64,000 nt of DNA, from positions 47,663-111,662 of IMG/VR virus record IMGVR_UViG_3300020477_001105; one strand, written 5' to 3'. Position numbers and translations under genes: made by a program. This DNA is from a virus. Positions 58,416 to 64,000 of this stretch are shown in pieces. Under the pieces are notes generated by a model. That model was not told the origin of the DNA. It saw only the letters and a program-made list of their open reading frames with translations, and made no database searches. Position 1 is the first letter of the stretch. Every line of letters begins with the position of its first letter.

Positions 58416-58802
58416 ATGCGTGACTTAATTGTAGATGACCCAGAGAACTGGATCCTACAAATTTTATATAATGCTAATAGACCGGATGAGGAATCATTAA
58501 GAATATATAAATGTCTTCACCGATATATACATGATAATAGAAACTTTATCGGTGTATTAGAGCATATTTCTCCAACCGAACTTCGAGTTAAACCTTTACC
58601 CGTTCTCGCTGATGATTGCTTTTTCAGTGTTACATTTTGCTCTGGATATATAGCAAACAAAGCTAAAACTCGAGGTTTACCGGATGTAGAATTCTACAAA
58701 CAAACTGGTCAAAACGCTTACTCGAGCATTGGCTACTCTAATATAGCTAATAATTGGGACTTCTGGTCATCTTACGTAACTGAATACATAATATTAGATT
58801 GA
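58416..58802 (+). CDS. Hypothetical late protein
   Basis: AATAAATA 8 nt upstream. Confidence 0.6.
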   Translation: MRDLIVDDPENWILQILYNANRPDEESLRIYKCLHRYIHDNRNFIGVLEHISPTELRVKPLPVLADDCFFSVTFCSGYIANKAKTRGLPDVEFYKQTGQNAYSSIGYSNIANNWDFWSSYVTEYIILD

Positions 58803-58832
58803 TTTATCAGTATAGAGATATATAATATATAC

Positions 58833-59564
58833 ATGAGACTCCAGATAAGTGGAACTGCAAGTCAAGGTAAATCAACCTTCTTAAATGACTTCCTTCAAGA
58901 GTGGCCGGAGTATAAAACTCCAAATAAGACGTACCGTGATCTCCTGAACGGTAAGCATAGTAAGAAGACAGATAAGGATATTCAGTGGAGGATTCTCAAT
59001 TGTATGGTAGATGAGATTATTACTCACGGTGAAGGTGATAAAGTAATTTATGACCGAGGTCCAATTGATAATATTGCTTATACTGTATGGTGTAACAGTA
59101 AAGGAGTCGGTGAAGTTGACGATGCTTTTGTTGAAAAGTGTCTACCTCTGTTACGTGAAACAAATAAGTTTTTAGACATTATTTTCTATATTCCTATTAC
59201 TGGTGTAGCGACTGTTGAGCACGATACTGAGAAGTTTGGTGAAAGTGTCAAAGAAGGATTGACTGACGATGAACATAGAGAGGAGATTGATCACATCTTT
59301 AAAGCGTTAAAGTATGATTGGTCAAATAATGCTAAGTCCAAGTTCTATGATCCAGATGATAAACCAGCTATTATTGAAGTATTTGGTCAACCACGTGAGA
59401 GGATCGAGATTTGTAAGTTATACTTAGATGTCGACGGTGATCTGATCGATAATGTTGGTATTATGACTGAAGAACAGATACGTGAAGTAGAAGAGATGAA
59501 AGGTAAGCTAGGTATCAGCGATGATCAGAGCCAGGCTTTCAGAAATCCCAATACATATGAATAA
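58833..59564 (+). CDS. P-loop nucleotide kinase-like protein
   Basis: SGTASQGKST, IYDRGPID; TTGATT-N16-TATAAT upstream. Confidence 0.8.
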   Translation: MRLQISGTASQGKSTFLNDFLQEWPEYKTPNKTYRDLLNGKHSKKTDKDIQWRILNCMVDEIITHGEGDKVIYDRGPIDNIAYTVWCNSKGVGEVDDAFVEKCLPLLRETNKFLDIIFYIPITGVATVEHDTEKFGESVKEGLTDDEHREEIDHIFKALKYDWSNNAKSKFYDPDDKPAIIEVFGQPRERIEICKLYLDVDGDLIDNVGIMTEEQIREVEEMKGKLGISDDQSQAFRNPNTYE

Positions 59565-59572
59565 ATATTCAT

Positions 59573-60073
59573 ATGCCTAAGAAAACAGATGATCCGGTAG
59601 AAATTCTAAGCAGTAAAATTAGCGCTCAGCTAAATACTATCATTCACAGCGAAGATGTAGACTCTCTCCAAGCTATCAGCGAAGGTCTCGACGGTTTACT
59701 AGAAGATAGAGAAAAATCGGTATCTAAATTAGACAAGGTTCTCGAAGGTTACAAACCTGTTCGCTTAGGTAGAATGTTTTACCCTCGCAATTTTCAGTTA
59801 AGCGAAGATTTTATTAATGCATTTCACCGTGAATATGACCGACTAGTTGGTGAAGGTCAAAATTCAAAAAGCTTAGTCGAGAGATTCGGTAAGGCTATGA
59901 AGTTCCACGCTGGAGATACTCGCAAGTATCATAAATTAGACGAGAAGAGTGAAAAGAAATCTGGTAAGAGTTTACCGCCATGGCTCAAGAATAAAAAGGG
60001 TGATAAGTCAGAAGAAGATCATGAACATGACCTTAATGCAACCGGAGATCACCCTCACGGTGATGACAATTAA
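59573..60073 (+). CDS. Hypothetical late protein
   Basis: AATAAATA 5 nt upstream; LPPWLK and His/Asp-rich tail. Confidence 0.65.
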   Translation: MPKKTDDPVEILSSKISAQLNTIIHSEDVDSLQAISEGLDGLLEDREKSVSKLDKVLEGYKPVRLGRMFYPRNFQLSEDFINAFHREYDRLVGEGQNSKSLVERFGKAMKFHAGDTRKYHKLDEKSEKKSGKSLPPWLKNKKGDKSEEDHEHDLNATGDHPHGDDN

Positions 60074-60840
60074 ATAGTCTTAACCTTCTTTACAACATAC
60101 TTACAGAGCTCAGATCTCATAATATCATCTTCATCAAACGCGAAGGTGTGTATACCCATTGCTTGACTTTCTTGATCTGTAAATACCTTATACAGCTTTT
60201 CAAATCCACCAATAGCGTCTCTATGACGTAAATCAGTTTGCATAGGGTCAGCTAAGACAAAGCATCTACTACCTTCACCTAGCCTTGTTAGTACTGTGGT
60301 TATCTCCTTCAGGGAGCTGTTTTGTGCTTCATCAAGTATAATACATTTACTTTTCCAGTTCATCCCTCGAGCAAAATTAACCGGGAACATACTAATCCGA
60401 CCTTCTTGCTCTAACTTTTCTGCTCGTGTTGTTGGTAGTAGTTCATCCAACTTATCTAAGAAAGGTAGATTGTAAAACCTTAGCTTATCTTCTGCAGTAC
60501 CAGGTAAGTAACCTAACTTACTGTCTGAAGACTCTACAGCGGATCTTAGATACATTATATCACTAATAGCCTTCATATTAAGAAGCTGTAAGCCACAATA
60601 TACTGATAGTAAGGATTTAGATGTTCCTGCCGGTCCGTTAACGAAGATTATTTTAGTTTCGTGATTTAGAGCTATTTTGAAGAATTCTTTTTGTTTATCT
60701 GTCCATGGTAGTTGATTTACCTTAATTGTCCGTTTAATTGGATTTGGATTATTGAATGGATCAATAAAGGACTCCGAGATAATTTCTTGAGCTTCTCTCT
60801 TCTCCCGGGCCCGCTTGCGAACCGGCTTCTTACTTTTCAT
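60070..60840 (-). CDS. phoH: PhoH-family ATPase
   Basis: GPAGTSKS, LGYLPG, RG, ILDEAQN, LTRLGE, D..Q.D, DIMRS. Confidence 0.93.
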   Translation of the reverse strand: MKSKKPVRKRAREKREAQEIISESFIDPFNNPNPIKRTIKVNQLPWTDKQKEFFKIALNHETKIIFVNGPAGTSKSLLSVYCGLQLLNMKAISDIMYLRSAVESSDSKLGYLPGTAEDKLRFYNLPFLDKLDELLPTTRAEKLEQEGRISMFPVNFARGMNWKSKCIILDEAQNSSLKEITTVLTRLGEGSRCFVLADPMQTDLRHRDAIGGFEKLYKVFTDQESQAMGIHTFAFDEDDIMRSELCKYVVKKVKTI

Positions 60841-60894
60841 CTATAATTATTTATTCTCCTTGAATATTTTCAAAGATAGATTATTATAGATATA

Positions 60895-61719
60895 ATGAGT
60901 AACAAAATCGGTGTAGGCATTGTAACATGCAATAGGGAAGACTTTTTTAGGAAATGCCACAAATCTATACCTCTAGACGTGGTAGATGAGTTGGTATCTG
61001 TCAATGATGGTAAGCCTTACGATGATGTACCTAGTGAAGGTCATTATATTCAACATAAGACCAATAAGTGTGTAGGTGTATCTAAAAATGACGCTATTAG
61101 ATATTTGATGGAGAAGGATTGTGATCATATCTTTATTATCGAGGATGATATCATCGTGAAAGACAAAACAGTCTTTGAGAAATATATTAAGACAGCTGAA
61201 GCGTCTGGTTTGTGGCACTTAATGTATGGTTATCACGGGCCTGCTAATAAAGTTAACGGTGAACCTAAGCCTAGACTAATCGTTGACTACGGTGAAGAGA
61301 AGGTAGCATTAAATCATCATTGCGTTGGAGCGTTTTGTTATTACTATAAAGGTATTATTAAAAATGCAGGTTTAATGGATGAAAAATTCAATAACGCATG
61401 GGAACATGTAGAGCACTCTTATAGGATTGTAAAAGCAGATCTACTCCCAGGTTATTGGTGGTGGCCTGATGTAGCAAATTCATACGATTATCTAGATGAA
61501 TTAGCATGCAGCGAGGAGAACTCCACTATCAGATGGGAAGACCCGAAAACTAAAACACCTAAACCGGATTGGCAGAAGAACATTCAAGAAGGAATGGAGC
61601 ATTTTATTAATAAGCACAAGTATGCACCTGTAGGTGTACCGGATACACACCCGGATATTGTAACTCAAAGGCTAGGAGACATCAAAAAAGCGTACAGTCG
61701 CAAAGTCTTGACTGCATAG
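60895..61719 (+). CDS. Glycosyltransferase family 2
   Basis: GIVTCNR, VNDG, FIIEDD, MDEKF...EH. Confidence 0.85.
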   Translation: MSNKIGVGIVTCNREDFFRKCHKSIPLDVVDELVSVNDGKPYDDVPSEGHYIQHKTNKCVGVSKNDAIRYLMEKDCDHIFIIEDDIIVKDKTVFEKYIKTAEASGLWHLMYGYHGPANKVNGEPKPRLIVDYGEEKVALNHHCVGAFCYYYKGIIKNAGLMDEKFNNAWEHVEHSYRIVKADLLPGYWWWPDVANSYDYLDELACSEENSTIRWEDPKTKTPKPDWQKNIQEGMEHFINKHKYAPVGVPDTHPDIVTQRLGDIKKAYSRKVLTA

Positions 61720-61731
61720 TAAATATACGCA

Positions 61732-62502
61732 ATGAAGATTGGGTTGTTAGTACCATCACGAGAGAGATTGAATCTCAAATTTACACTAATCAACTCTATT
61801 ATTGCAACTGCGGACGATATAGACAATATAACTCTATATTTTGGCATAGACGAAGACGATCCTACTGCGGATATAGTCTGGAAGATTGCGGATGCTATAC
61901 CATTTGTTAGAAAGGTGGATATTAAGAATGAAGGTAAGTTCATCGGTATTAATCGGATATGGAATGATCTAGCCTTTTGGTGTGATGAGGATATATTTGG
62001 TTATATTGGTGATGATATGATTTTTCAAACACCGGGATGGGATACGAAGATATTAGAACAGTTTAAAGATGAAAATTGCCCTGAAGATAAAATAAAGATG
62101 GTTCATTGCAACGACGGGTTCCGTGGTGATGCAATCTCGGTTAATGCATTTGTACATAGAAAGTATTATGAAGTGATGGGCTATTTTACAAGACCTGAAT
62201 TTTTAATTAATTGGTCTGATCAATGGATGTGGCAATCATTTAAAGCATTTGATAGAATCAAATATATTGACGATATTATGATTTATCACAACCACTGGGT
62301 GTTTGGCGGTCGTGATAGAGATAAAACAGCTGATAGAATGCTGTCAGATAGTCATGATAAGATCAGCGACAAATTGTGGTACGAGCTGACACCAGATAGG
62401 ATTAAGGATGTTAAGAAGTTAGCAGAGTATTTAAATTTAACACCAGAGTGGAAGTATGTTGATAATACTTTACCTGATGGTACAAGAATGAAGATAGAAT
62501 AA
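61732..62502 (+). CDS. Glycosyltransferase family 2-like
   Basis: LVPSRER, DEDD, GDDMIF...GWD, WSDQW, HNH. Confidence 0.8.
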   Translation: MKIGLLVPSRERLNLKFTLINSIIATADDIDNITLYFGIDEDDPTADIVWKIADAIPFVRKVDIKNEGKFIGINRIWNDLAFWCDEDIFGYIGDDMIFQTPGWDTKILEQFKDENCPEDKIKMVHCNDGFRGDAISVNAFVHRKYYEVMGYFTRPEFLINWSDQWMWQSFKAFDRIKYIDDIMIYHNHWVFGGRDRDKTADRMLSDSHDKISDKLWYELTPDRIKDVKKLAEYLNLTPEWKYVDNTLPDGTRMKIE

Positions 62503-62503
62503 T

Positions 62504-63529
62504 ATGTCTAAACGAGTTATAGTAACGGGTGTAACAGGTCAAGATGGTAGCCATATGGTAGACTACCTACTGGCTAATACGGATTATAAAATTTACGGAG
62601 GTGTTAGAAGATTGAGTGTAAAGAACCACGTCAATATCGAACATATCAATGACCCTCGATTTGAATTGTTTGACTTTGACCTAACAGATCCACACACTAT
62701 CCAGCATGCAGTGGCTAAGATTAATCCACACTACTTTATTAATTTTGCCGCTCAATCCTTTGTAGCAGGTAGTTGGTCGTTCCCATGGCAAACATTTACT
62801 ACTGATGCTACCGCTGTGCTAACCATATTGGAAACACTGAGACAAAATTGCAAATATTGTAGATTCTATAATGCTGGTAGTAGTGAAGAGTTTGGTGACG
62901 TTCAATACGAACCTCAAGATGAAAATCATCCTCTTAGACCCAGAAGCCCTTATGCAGCGGGTAAATGTGCCGCTAGACACATCGTAAAAGTGTATAGAGA
63001 ATCATACGGGTTATACGCAGTACAGGGGTGGCTGTTTAACCATGAAGGTGTACGTCGTGGTGAAGAGTTTGTTACAAGGAAGATCACCAAGAATGTAGCA
63101 AGAATTAAAAATCATCTGGATACGAGACTATCTATTGAGATATTTAAACCTATTAAGTTAGGTAATGTCGATGCTAAGCGTGATTGGAGTGATGCAGAGG
63201 ATTTTATGTCTGGTGTATGGGCTATGCTTAACCAGGATAAAGATCCTAAGCAATTACAAGAGTATGTTTTAGCTAGCGGTGAGACACATACCGTTAAGGA
63301 GTTTCTCGAAGAAGCGTTTAAAGCAGCAAAAGTTGACATCTATGATAAGGAAGGCAACATTGACCCTAAATTTGTAGAAGTTGACCCGAAATTGTTTCGA
63401 CCTGCTGAGGTTACAACCTTAACAGGTGACCCTAGTCGTGCAAAACAGGAACTAGGATGGGAACCAAAAAGTGGCTTCGTAGATTTAGTTAAGAAGATGG
63501 TACATAACGATTTAAAAGATTATGATTGA
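62504..63529 (+). CDS. gmd: GDP-mannose 4,6-dehydratase
   Basis: TGVTGQDGS, AAQSFV, PRSPY, FNHE, FVTRKIT, LGNVDAKRDW, RPAEV. Confidence 0.96.
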   Translation: MSKRVIVTGVTGQDGSHMVDYLLANTDYKIYGGVRRLSVKNHVNIEHINDPRFELFDFDLTDPHTIQHAVAKINPHYFINFAAQSFVAGSWSFPWQTFTTDATAVLTILETLRQNCKYCRFYNAGSSEEFGDVQYEPQDENHPLRPRSPYAAGKCAARHIVKVYRESYGLYAVQGWLFNHEGVRRGEEFVTRKITKNVARIKNHLDTRLSIEIFKPIKLGNVDAKRDWSDAEDFMSGVWAMLNQDKDPKQLQEYVLASGETHTVKEFLEEAFKAAKVDIYDKEGNIDPKFVEVDPKLFRPAEVTTLTGDPSRAKQELGWEPKSGFVDLVKKMVHNDLKDYD

Positions 63530-64000
63530 TATTAGTATAGCAGAAAATAGAGAACTTTATACTGACTACGAGAAATGTCTAGAATTTCTCAGAGAGGTTA
63601 ATCAATCTGACTATGAATACCCTTCTGAGAAAGTAAATTTTCATGTATACTCGGAAATCAGAAATGAAAAGGAACAATTATGTATTGATTCGTATTTTGC
63701 TACCCAAAATTTAGATCATACTAATTTAATTTTATGGTCTGATTGGGATGTTAGAGATAATGAGCGATTAGCTCCATATAAAGATCATATTGACTTCAGG
63801 GTGTACGATCCTCTAGAGGAAGCTAAAGGAACTGTGTTGGAAGAGCACACAGAGCAATTAACTGCTACTGATAGCCTGTATTATCTTAAGAGCGACCTGT
63901 TAAGACTGCTATGTTGTCACAAATATGGCGGTATATGGATTGATATGGACATTGTCTTGTTGAGGGATTTTAAACCTCTATTAGATCAAGAGTATTTGTA
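63522..64000 (+). CDS. Partial glycosyltransferase (GT32-like, DxD)
   Basis: Open to the window end; KSDLLRLL...KYGGIWIDMD. Confidence 0.8.
   Translation, partial: MIDISIAENRELYTDYEKCLEFLREVNQSDYEYPSEKVNFHVYSEIRNEKEQLCIDSYFATQNLDHTNLILWSDWDVRDNERLAPYKDHIDFRVYDPLEEAKGTVLEEHTEQLTATDSLYYLKSDLLRLLCCHKYGGIWIDMDIVLLRDFKPLLDQEYL

Noticed and set aside
1-64000. Genome-wide stop-codon reassignment
   Set aside because: Core genes are intact in the standard code, and TGA, TAG and TAA all end genes at expected places, so any read-through at 25569 would be site-specific
1-64000. CRISPR array
   Set aside because: No regularly spaced repeat-spacer pattern; the repeats found are short coding or paired repeats

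Overview
A 64-kb segment of a large T4-like myovirus genome, AT-rich and densely coded. 1-14.7 kb (minus strand) holds baseplate, probable tape-measure, tail tube, tail sheath and large terminase genes. 14.7-18 kb holds probable head-internal proteins, a small lysis-like cassette and a neck protein. 18-22 kb is an operon resembling lysine catabolism. 24-51 kb is a T4-type replication/recombination module (gp61, gp45, gp32, gp41, UvsX, gp43, gp46/47, gp55, UvsW, UvsY) interleaved with rml sugar genes, glycosyltransferases, guaC, queC and a ferredoxin. 51-64 kb holds late genes, folE/queD/queE, phoH and a glycan cluster. The main finding is a late gene (25386-25763, minus) with an in-frame TGA followed by a bacterial SECIS-like hairpin and 60 more codons, i.e. 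a candidate phage selenoprotein that the ORF track truncates. Also notable: apparently leaderless transcription from both late (TAAATA) and sigma70-like promoters, a family of capsid-targeting-like N-termini that includes a ligase-like/nucleotidyltransferase pair, and a dispersed 7-deazaguanine pathway. All product calls come from motif recognition by eye; no database search was run.
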